Below, in pieces: positions 56,122 to 64,000 of a stretch of 64,000 nucleotides of DNA (the first letter of the stretch is position 1; every line of letters starts with the position of its first letter). The notes beneath the pieces were generated by a model. The model was not told the origin of the DNA. It did not search any database and saw nothing but the letters and a program-made list of their open reading frames with translations. Origin of the DNA: Candidatus Pacearchaeota archaeon (GTDB lineage Archaea > Nanobdellota > Nanobdellia > Pacearchaeales > GW2011-AR1). Position numbers and translations under genes: made by a program. The stretch covers positions 906 through 64,905 of the forward strand of contig JAGLOA010000001.1 of NCBI GenBank assembly GCA_023139205.1, written 5' to 3'.

Positions 56122-58380
56122 CTAATTACGCCTTCTTTTCACCAAGATTATCAAAGCAGAAACAATCATTATCCCTCCTAACAGGATAAAAATAAGAACT
56201 ATATGATTTATACAGGGAGGGTATTTGCAAGAAGAATTAAAACCACAAAGAAAATCCTTGATTAAATCTTTTCTTTTTTCATCAAGAACCACCTCTTTAG
56301 GTTTTACCACTATCTCTATTTTTTTATCCTTTTTTAAACCTCCAAGATTTATCATTTCCCCTTTCTCCCCAAGACTTATAATTTCATTATATTGAGTTGC
56401 AGAACCAAAATAATCTTTTTTGGATTTTTTCAAAACTTCAAAATACTCCCTTTTAGAATCTTGACCATCATCAAATATAATAGTTACTTTTATCCCATAT
56501 TCTTTTTCTTCAGCAGATTCAGGAATCTTGATATGAAATGTCTTAGTTTCCTCATTATCTTCACCATATTCTTCAATTTCAAATTCTTCTGTTTTTTCTG
56601 AAATATTTAATTCAGTATTTTCTATTTGAATATAAACATCTTCTTCTTTCATTCCAATATTTTCAATTTCAACATTAATTTCCAAATCTTTCCCCGGAGA
56701 AATTGTTTTCTCAGGAATTTCTATGTTCTTGATAATTACCTCATGTTTTTTTCTTTCAATTTTAATTTCAGCATATTTTGAATTACATCTATTTTCTTCA
56801 TCTTCCACAAAAACATAAATTACAAAATCATTATCCTCAACATTCTTAGGAATATTAATTTCCATTTCAATTGTTTCAGATTTTCCTGATTTAATTTTAA
56901 TTTCTTCTTTTACTTCTTCAATAGATTCATCCTCATCTAAATCATATAAATGAGTTTCAATTTTAAAATCCAGTTTTTCATCAAATTTATTTTTTATTTT
57001 TACTTCAACTTTCATAGTTTCTCCAATCTCAAATTCATCGTCTTTATCTGGTTCTTTTATAGTTATTTCAATTAAATCATCTTTTTCATAACATTCTTCT
57101 GCATCAGAAAATTCAAGAGGCTTTTTTATGCAACTAACAAGACAACAATTATTTGTGTCCTTTACATTTATTGTTTCTTCAGGGCAGATTTGGTCTTCAG
57201 AACAAATATTTCCTCCAACTTCAGAGCAGGTAAATTCAGAACTTGAGCCAACAATTACATTCCATAATTTATTTAAATAAAATTCCCCGTCACTTAAAAT
57301 AGCTTTAACAATATAATTTCCTTGTTCTTTATTAAAAGTATAATCTTCTTTTGAACAAACCCCAACATCATCTACAAACCAATTTATTTCTAAAACACTA
57401 TCAACATCAGATGCTTCTAACATAAAATATTGATTTTTGTTTTCAACAATTGTTAAATTTTCTTGTTCTGGGAAAAAATAATTGATAACAGGTGCATCAT
57501 TCACAGGAGTTATATTTATTTCAAAAATAAAAGTAGTTTCTCCATGATCATCTTCTGCTTTAATCAAACAATTTGCTTCACCATTATGATCTTGAAATGA
57601 TTTATATTTTAATTCATTTTCATTTATTTCACAATTAAGATTATTTTCATTAACAATACTAAAGACAAATTCATCTCCAAAATCACTTAGATTAAATTCA
57701 CAAATTTCTTCATAATCTTCTAAAATTTCTTTGTTGCAATTTCCACCAAATTCAGGGTAATTATATTCCCCATCCATTAACCAGACAATTGAATTTTCAA
57801 ATAATTGTTTGCTGTCTTCTGTCCAGTATTCTGTAAAAGTTATGCCAAAGAAAACTCTTTTAGGATTTTGTTTTATTGCCATCACAAAATTTTCTAAATC
57901 ATTAATTGTTGAAGTAACCCTTTCGGTATCATACTTTCTTCCACTAAGATAATACATCGGAATAGAAATCCCATTAAGTCTAGCTCTCGTATAAACTTGA
58001 AATTCTTCTGGTAAATTTTTTGTGATAGAGATTTCAGTATTAATGTTCTTGGCTCTTAAAGGCTGGCTACTTGCAATACTTCCTCCCCTACTACTCCAAC
58101 CATCATGATAATCTGGACTTACAACTAGAGATTTATGTTCATTAATAGGAACATTTTTTATGTTTTCATCATTTATTAAGATTATTTCATATTTGCTGAA
58201 ATTAGTAGTGCTTATATCAGAATCATCTATCAACTCATAAGTATAACCTAAATCATTTATTGATTCTATAAACTGCTGGTTTTGAGAATTAGAATTTTTT
58301 AAAACATAAGCAATATCAAAAGCAGAAACACTTCCAATTACAAAAATTAACAGACATAACATTAAAAATATTCTTTTCAT
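56122..58380 (-). CDS. large surface protein with C-terminal TM anchor (N-domain paralogous to 60340..61380)
   Basis: Signal peptide; shared N-domain motifs FDIAYVLKN / FFGITFTEYWTEDSKQLF; C-terminal IVLIFILLGGIMIVSALIILVKRRRN. Confidence 0.45.
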   Translation of the reverse strand: MKRIFLMLCLLIFVIGSVSAFDIAYVLKNSNSQNQQFIESINDLGYTYELIDDSDISTTNFSKYEIILINDENIKNVPINEHKSLVVSPDYHDGWSSRGGSIASSQPLRAKNINTEISITKNLPEEFQVYTRARLNGISIPMYYLSGRKYDTERVTSTINDLENFVMAIKQNPKRVFFGITFTEYWTEDSKQLFENSIVWLMDGEYNYPEFGGNCNKEILEDYEEICEFNLSDFGDEFVFSIVNENNLNCEINENELKYKSFQDHNGEANCLIKAEDDHGETTFIFEINITPVNDAPVINYFFPEQENLTIVENKNQYFMLEASDVDSVLEINWFVDDVGVCSKEDYTFNKEQGNYIVKAILSDGEFYLNKLWNVIVGSSSEFTCSEVGGNICSEDQICPEETINVKDTNNCCLVSCIKKPLEFSDAEECYEKDDLIEITIKEPDKDDEFEIGETMKVEVKIKNKFDEKLDFKIETHLYDLDEDESIEEVKEEIKIKSGKSETIEMEINIPKNVEDNDFVIYVFVEDEENRCNSKYAEIKIERKKHEVIIKNIEIPEKTISPGKDLEINVEIENIGMKEEDVYIQIENTELNISEKTEEFEIEEYGEDNEETKTFHIKIPESAEEKEYGIKVTIIFDDGQDSKREYFEVLKKSKKDYFGSATQYNEIISLGEKGEMINLGGLKKDKKIEIVVKPKEVVLDEKRKDLIKDFLCGFNSSCKYPPCINHIVLIFILLGGIMIVSALIILVKRRRN

Positions 58381-59003
58381 TTTTTACCTTTTTTTGATTT
58401 ACTTTTCTTTTCTTTCATTAAAAAAATTAAATATCCTAAGATAGTTAATAAAATAAAACTACTAAAACTTAAAAAAATTAATCCTTTAACTGATTTACCT
58501 TCTTCATTAATTCCGATATTTCCCCCGGTAATTACATTAACTTCCTCATTCTTTTCTTTTTCCTCTTCTTCAATTTCTTCATAGTCTTTTTCTTTTTCTG
58601 CGATTACAATTATTGTAGATGACAAAACAACCCCAGGTTTTTTGCTGTTAATAGGAGAAAAAAACACATTAATTTTTCCTTCATATCTTCCTTGTTTTTT
58701 TACTTTAACTAAAAATTCTGCTTTTTTTTCATCACCTGGCTGCAAAATAAAATTCTTATCAATAACTTCTAAAAATTCCTCCCCTTCTTTGTCTGGAATT
58801 AAGGTAATGTTTATTGGAATATCATTAACGTTTTTTACTAAAATACTTTTTTCAATTGTTTTTGTAAACCACCCATTTACCTCAGGATAAAGAATCATTC
58901 TTGCATTTCCCATTGAACCAGTAATTGCACTAACTAAAACAGAATTAACTAAAATAAGCATTATAAAAAACATAGAACCAATAACCAATCCTTTTTTTGT
59001 CAT
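58377..59003 (-). CDS. secreted protein with C-terminal TM anchor
   Basis: Signal peptide, E-rich linker, C-terminal TM plus KKSKSKKGKK tail; start overlaps the upstream gene by 4 nt. Confidence 0.4.
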   Translation of the reverse strand: MTKKGLVIGSMFFIMLILVNSVLVSAITGSMGNARMILYPEVNGWFTKTIEKSILVKNVNDIPINITLIPDKEGEEFLEVIDKNFILQPGDEKKAEFLVKVKKQGRYEGKINVFFSPINSKKPGVVLSSTIIVIAEKEKDYEEIEEEEKEKNEEVNVITGGNIGINEEGKSVKGLIFLSFSSFILLTILGYLIFLMKEKKSKSKKGKK

Positions 59004-59097
59004 AATTCTTTAGAAGTAACTTGGTATATAAGCATTTTGTCGTCGAAGAATATATTTTTTGTTATTACTTTGTTTTGATGAATGAGAAATTTTCATC

Positions 59098-60282
59098 TTA
59101 ATCCTCTTTACAGTCCAAATCTAAATCAACCCCAATATCCTCTAAATTATTCTTTATCCTCTCCACAATTTCTTCCTTACTCCCCCTCAACTTTTCTCTT
59201 CTCTTTTCCTTTCTGTCTTTTTCATTCTTCAAATTTCCCATCTCCAAAATTATCTTTGTTGTTTCAGAATATAATTCCTGAGTTTTATCTTTTTTAATTT
59301 CTTGTTTGTTTTTTGTTACTTCTTCTTTCTTATTATTAATCTGTTCTATTTTATCAGAAATATTTTTGTTGTTTAACTTGGCTTCGTTTAATAATTTAAT
59401 AATCTCCTCTCCATTATCTTTTTTAAATCTTATATGAAAATCCTCTTTGTAGGCTTTTACAAGATTCATTTGTTCTTTAAAAATATGAAAAAAATTAGTA
59501 AGCGCTTTAAAATCAATAAGCTGCCTTAAACCAAAGATTTCCTTTTTTAATTCTCCTTCAAATAATTTAATTTTTTCCTGTCTTTCTAAATTTTTTATAT
59601 GTTCCTCACTTTTCTTAATTTTTTCAATTTCTTCAAGAATTTTTTTATTTTCTTTTTCTCTCTTACTTATTTTTTCATCTAAAGAACTTATTATTTTATC
59701 AATTTTTTCAAAATTCTCCTCAATATCAGTAATTTGGTCTAATTTTAATTTAATAAATGGAACTATTTTAGATCCTTCAACAACATCTTTATTTTCCTCA
59801 AAAACTTTTATTAAATCTCCTGAAAAAACCTTTAGGCTCTTTTTTATCTCTACCATTTCTTTTCCAATCAAAATCGTGGTTTTTTCATAACTCCTATGCG
59901 AACTTTTATCAAAATCCAAAAAAACTTTATTTACGCCTCCAATAAATTTTTCAAGCCCACATTCCTCCAGATTCTCTAAACTATCCAAAAACCCATTTAC
60001 AGATTCAATATACTTCTCTCTCCCTTCATTTACAATAAACTTAATTCTTTCTTCAACTTTTTTCCCTTCTATATTCACATTCCTAACAGTATTTATTTTT
60101 TCCTTAAGCTCATTAGTAAAAACATTAATTTTCTCCTGAATCAAAATAAGGACATCTTTTTCTTTAGCTTCAATTTCTTTTGTTTTGTTTTTAATCCAAT
60201 CTTCAATCTCAGAAAAAGTAATTTTTTCCTGCTCTGTTTCTGGTTTTTCAATTATCTTTTTAAAAAAATCAAATAATCCCAT
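59098..60282 (-). CDS. coiled-coil protein
   Basis: 394 aa, K/E-rich heptad-like sequence throughout. Confidence 0.4.
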   Translation of the reverse strand: MGLFDFFKKIIEKPETEQEKITFSEIEDWIKNKTKEIEAKEKDVLILIQEKINVFTNELKEKINTVRNVNIEGKKVEERIKFIVNEGREKYIESVNGFLDSLENLEECGLEKFIGGVNKVFLDFDKSSHRSYEKTTILIGKEMVEIKKSLKVFSGDLIKVFEENKDVVEGSKIVPFIKLKLDQITDIEENFEKIDKIISSLDEKISKREKENKKILEEIEKIKKSEEHIKNLERQEKIKLFEGELKKEIFGLRQLIDFKALTNFFHIFKEQMNLVKAYKEDFHIRFKKDNGEEIIKLLNEAKLNNKNISDKIEQINNKKEEVTKNKQEIKKDKTQELYSETTKIILEMGNLKNEKDRKEKRREKLRGSKEEIVERIKNNLEDIGVDLDLDCKED

Positions 60283-60339
60283 AAAATATACAAGAGACTT
60301 AACTTAAAAAACTTTTATCTAAATTTTCTCATTTAGAAT

Positions 60340-61380
60340 TCATTCGCAAACAACTTCTCTGCTTCTAAAATTATTTTCAGGACTAATGTCTTCTTCTATT
60401 CCTGCAAAAATATCAAGACTATAAAATCCAGAATCAAAAGTCATATTAATTGTTTTTGAACCAGTAGTTGTTGTTTTTCCTGGTTCTAAATTTTTCTTTA
60501 AAGAAGTCCAGTTAAAATTAGAAATCATTCCTGTAAAAGTTATATTCTCAGTAAAGTTGCCAATATTTTTTGTTTTAAAACTAATCTTATATTTCTTATT
60601 GCATTCAAGTTGAGCAATTTCATCTAAAATATATTCTCCTGTTTCTAAATCTTTTATCCTTATTCCATTAACACCCTTTGAATAATCTCCAATAATTTCA
60701 ACATCATGATATCCTTCAATAGTTTTGTTTTCTTCATAATTACTTCCTTCTAAAACAAAATTCACACATTCTTTAAACAAATTTTTTGCATCTTCTGTCC
60801 AATATTTTGTTTTTGTAATCCCAAAAAAACATTTATTTGGTTCTTGTGTTGAATAGGAAATTACATCACCCTTCTTTTTACCATGCCCAACAAAAGTTGT
60901 CGCAATTGAGGTCATATAATCTTTTTTATATTTGTAATTTAAATAAGAATAAGGAATTCCAAGCCCCAAAAATTTAAAGATGGCTCTATTATAAACTTGA
61001 ATTATGCTTTCTTGTGTTTTAACTTTTAATGGAGAATTTGATACTAATTTTGATGCTCCTCTTTTATTTGTCAATCCAAATTCTTTTCCATAATAACCAT
61101 TTGCAATCACACTTGGATAATTTTTTACAGGAAAATTTTTCGCATTTCTAAATCTTTCATCTCCAACAAAAATAAATTTATATCCTGAAAAATCAATATT
61201 CTTAACATTCTTGCTTTCAATTAAATCAACCTCTAAGCCCATTTCTTCAAATACATTCATAAAACCAGAGTCAACACGATTTGTATTTTTTGTGATATAA
61301 GCAACATCACTAGCAAGAATAAAATTAGATAAAAATATTACTGAGAATAGCATTAAAAAGATAATCACATGTCTCTTCAT
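60340..61380 (-). CDS. secreted surface protein (paralogue of N-domain of 56122..58380)
   Basis: Signal peptide; SDVAYITKN and FFGITKTKYWTEDAKNLF shared with the 752-aa protein. Confidence 0.45.
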   Translation of the reverse strand: MKRHVIIFLMLFSVIFLSNFILASDVAYITKNTNRVDSGFMNVFEEMGLEVDLIESKNVKNIDFSGYKFIFVGDERFRNAKNFPVKNYPSVIANGYYGKEFGLTNKRGASKLVSNSPLKVKTQESIIQVYNRAIFKFLGLGIPYSYLNYKYKKDYMTSIATTFVGHGKKKGDVISYSTQEPNKCFFGITKTKYWTEDAKNLFKECVNFVLEGSNYEENKTIEGYHDVEIIGDYSKGVNGIRIKDLETGEYILDEIAQLECNKKYKISFKTKNIGNFTENITFTGMISNFNWTSLKKNLEPGKTTTTGSKTINMTFDSGFYSLDIFAGIEEDISPENNFRSREVVCE

Positions 61381-61434
61381 AAACTAAAAAACAAAATAAG
61401 CTTTTTAAATCTTTATGCTTTTTTTTTTGAAAAA

Positions 61435-62811
61435 TCAATAATCAACTTTAAATTCAACAAATTTTTCGTCGCTGTTTCCTACTTTGTCTAAAACTTTTAT
61501 TGTTAAATTATACTCCCCTTTCCTAAAAGTTCTTTTCTTTTCACAAATCCCCTCTTTCAATCTTGAACATAATCTACGATTTTTTAGTCTCCCTTTATTA
61601 TCAATATAAGTATATCGAATTTCATCAAAGTTTTCTTCTGTCACATTAATTTTGAAAGTAACCCTTCTTTTATTAATTTCTAAATCCTTTGTTATATTAT
61701 TGTTAATTATTGGAGGAGTTGTGTCCACTTTAATTTTTGTTTTCTTTGAGCTGACACTTCTTACAAAATCAGAAACATTAAACCAGTATTTAATTTCTTG
61801 TCCATTGAATTCTGTTAAATTTAGTTTAACATAACATTCTGTATATCTCTTTCCTTTGATACATTCAGAAGTATTAATCTGATAGAATTCTGTTTCATTA
61901 ATTATTAATAGGACTTCATTTAAATTATCTTCTTTGAATTTAATATAAAAATTAGAACCATTTGTAAATTTATTTTTTCTTGGAAGAGTTTTTGAAATTC
62001 TTGGTTTTTTGCTGTCAATTGAAAACAAAATATTTTCTTCTTTAGTTTGATCAAAAGAATCTGTTGCTCTAATTGTTATATTGTGTTCCCCTTCTTTAAA
62101 GGACTTTAATTTTTTCTTTGAAAATCCATATTCATTACAATTCCTGCACAATCTTCTCCATCGAGGTTGTCGATCCCCCCAGTTTTTATATTCTATTAAT
62201 TTAACTTCTTTACTTGTTGTTAAATTAAACTTGATTCTTCTTGAGCCGTAAATTTTCTCTATTGGAGAGTAAATTGTCAGATTCCATGGTTTTTCCGCCA
62301 TATTTTCTGGATAAAAAAATCCAACACTAAAATTATATTCTCCAGGCCATAATGCAGGATTTGATTTTATGTTTAAAGTAACTTCATTAATTGAATCCAA
62401 ATCCATTTCTAAAAATTCTTTATTAGTGCAATAAAAAGTTCCGTCTGGGATGTTTTCTATCTCAACAGGACCAAAAGGATAATCTAAAATAAAATCATCT
62501 TCACTACATATAAACTTGTAATTATAAGGTTGCATTGAGCCGTTTAATTCAAAATCATTTTTCCATACAGGATAATTAGAATTATTTGACGAAATGTTTA
62601 TTACAAAAACCAAAAGTGCATTTTCAATCTGGTTAGGATAAATCCCAGAAATATCCGGATAATTAAATGTAAAGATTGTTGATACTGTTTCACCCGCAAT
62701 AAAATCTGGGATTTCTTGATTAAATACAAGGTTTGTGATATTTCCTTGTGCTTGGATTAGAGGTAAAACTAATAAAATTCCGAGCATGATTAAGAATGTT
62801 TTTGTTTTCAT
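61435..62811 (-). CDS. secreted hypothetical protein
   Basis: Signal peptide, N-glycosylation-sequon-rich (NxS/T), 458 aa. Confidence 0.4.
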   Translation of the reverse strand: MKTKTFLIMLGILLVLPLIQAQGNITNLVFNQEIPDFIAGETVSTIFTFNYPDISGIYPNQIENALLVFVINISSNNSNYPVWKNDFELNGSMQPYNYKFICSEDDFILDYPFGPVEIENIPDGTFYCTNKEFLEMDLDSINEVTLNIKSNPALWPGEYNFSVGFFYPENMAEKPWNLTIYSPIEKIYGSRRIKFNLTTSKEVKLIEYKNWGDRQPRWRRLCRNCNEYGFSKKKLKSFKEGEHNITIRATDSFDQTKEENILFSIDSKKPRISKTLPRKNKFTNGSNFYIKFKEDNLNEVLLIINETEFYQINTSECIKGKRYTECYVKLNLTEFNGQEIKYWFNVSDFVRSVSSKKTKIKVDTTPPIINNNITKDLEINKRRVTFKINVTEENFDEIRYTYIDNKGRLKNRRLCSRLKEGICEKKRTFRKGEYNLTIKVLDKVGNSDEKFVEFKVDY

Positions 62812-63344
62812 GTTGCAGATACCTCAATTCGTGAATATCCTGCAGAATATTCATGGCCAACTCTAATTTTTGCCATGCCCGATATTTTAATCCCTAATTT
62901 ATTTTTTGAACTTAAGTTAATTTCTTCATTTGAAGAACAACTAATTATCTGTTTTTGAAAATTAGTGCTTTTTATGATTATTATTCCTGAATCACAAACA
63001 ATTTCTTTATCTATACCATTTGTTTTAATTATTTCTATTTTGAGGTAGCTTGTTTCATTATTTTTTTTAGCCCAAATAAAATTATTAAATTGTGCAGAAT
63101 AAAATTTATTAATTCCTAAATCGTCAGTTATAAATGTGGCATTATTTTCTTTAGTTATATTAAAATCATTTTCGTTTAAGCTGGAGTTATCATTGAGGAT
63201 TAAATCTTCAGGAGCACTAAGATAAAAAACAGGTCCTTCGATAGTAGCAGTTCCTGTGATTTTCCCAAAATAAGGGATAAAACTTGCAGATACAATTACT
63301 ATTGATAAAATTCCAAGTATCCCAATTGTTATTTTCTTTTTCAT
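62808..63344 (-). CDS. secreted/membrane-anchored hypothetical protein
   Basis: N-terminal hydrophobic segment; start overlaps the upstream gene by 4 nt. Confidence 0.35.
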   Translation of the reverse strand: MKKKITIGILGILSIVIVSASFIPYFGKITGTATIEGPVFYLSAPEDLILNDNSSLNENDFNITKENNATFITDDLGINKFYSAQFNNFIWAKKNNETSYLKIEIIKTNGIDKEIVCDSGIIIIKSTNFQKQIISCSSNEEINLSSKNKLGIKISGMAKIRVGHEYSAGYSRIEVSAT

Positions 63345-63414
63345 TTTGAATATGTTGCCCTCCTTAGAGGGACTTTGTTTTCCTTAAAAATAAATTGGAA
63401 AAATAAAAATAAAT

Positions 63415-64000
63415 TTATGTTGGTATGACTTCTGTAGTTCTTGTGTAAGTGTCTGGAACTAAGTTTATTTCAAATTCATTATCTATACAAAAGTCAAATC
63501 CTCCACCATTTGATGGGAGTGTTATCTCATTTACAGTATTCTTTGAGTAAGTTATTAAATCAGTTTCAAATAAATAATTTGCTTGATTCCATGCAGTTAA
63601 TTTCTTATTGGTTTCGTCGTAATCACTTGAAGGAACTAACCAAATCTTTGCTCCCTTACAATGTGAATCAGTAGGATTACATCCGTTAGTGCAATAATCA
63701 CAAGTCTCTTTAGCATTTGCGTCGTTTGGGTGTGGCAAACTCATACCTAAATCTGTGCTTCCACTAATAATTAAATCTCCACTCCCATCTGATGTTCCTG
63801 TCGCTATTAAAGCTCCTGGATTATTTCCTGGCCAATCATCAGCATAATAGATTAAAGAGTATTCTGTACTAATCATTAGACCTTCTGCATTTAAATCATA
63901 TCCAAATTCATCACCAACAATACTATACAAAAGTGTTGCAATTGTACTATCATTTATTCTATCCCACTCAGTAGTTGTACAAAAGTCATTATCGCTATCT
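63415..64000 (-). CDS. secreted hypothetical protein, N-terminus beyond window end
   Basis: Track ORF starts at a TTG at 63930, but the same frame stays open to position 64000, so the gene runs off the window. Confidence 0.4.
   Translation of the reverse strand, partial: DSDNDFCTTTEWDRINDSTIATLLYSIVGDEFGYDLNAEGLMISTEYSLIYYADDWPGNNPGALIATGTSDGSGDLIISGSTDLGMSLPHPNDANAKETCDYCTNGCNPTDSHCKGAKIWLVPSSDYDETNKKLTAWNQANYLFETDLITYSKNTVNEITLPSNGGGFDFCIDNEFEINLVPDTYTRTTEVIPT

Noticed and set aside
1-64000. tRNA / rRNA genes
   Set aside because: Scanning all intergenic spacers found no 70-90-nt GC-rich cloverleaf-like segments (no GTTC-type T-arm/acceptor pairing patterns) and no rRNA-like conserved blocks; none called.

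Overview
The window is AT-rich (about 30% GC), gene-dense, with short intergenic spacers. Its gene content is clearly archaeal and looks like a small-genome DPANN-type archaeon (Woesearchaeota/Pacearchaeota-like). I assign it from these genes: mre11-rad50, proteasome beta subunit next to the aCPSF1/FttA beta-CASP nuclease, archaeal class-I CCA enzyme, RtcB, Mtq2/HemK, 2-oxoacid:ferredoxin oxidoreductase, TrmB regulator, a presenilin/SPP homologue, many class-III-signal prepilins, and a FlaI/PilB-type ATPase. Layout: 1-24 kb is mostly housekeeping. 25-39 kb is an accessory block of large secreted/Cys-rich proteins that contains two candidate RiPP (post-translationally modified peptide) clusters, each a radical-SAM/SPASM enzyme next to a short Cys-rich precursor ORF and a paralogous HExxH metallopeptidase. 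The first cluster (29.1-32.3 kb) is bracketed by 60-bp direct repeats that duplicate the 3' end of a neighbouring gene. 45-64 kb is a type-IV-pilus-like adhesion locus with at least 7 prepilins, an ATPase, two TadC/FlaJ-like platform proteins and paralogous surface proteins; a 156-bp x7 tandem coding repeat and a candidate SRP (7S) RNA on the minus strand at about 55.83-56.09 kb lie within it. Several families of short GC-rich repeated elements stand out against the AT-rich background. The main one is a hairpin with an invariant UCGGAGGCAAU loop and covarying stems, present three times: two copies abut start codons (mre11, presenilin homologue) and one is an in-frame 150-nt insertion inside the Mtq2/HemK gene. 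A 22-nt GC-rich motif and a hairpin repeat are also shared between otherwise unrelated coding sequences. Other remnants are a degraded HNH-endonuclease-like pseudogene and a duplicated gene-tail fragment. I found no tRNA, rRNA or CRISPR array. All coordinates are approximate to a few nt where not anchored on the ORF track.
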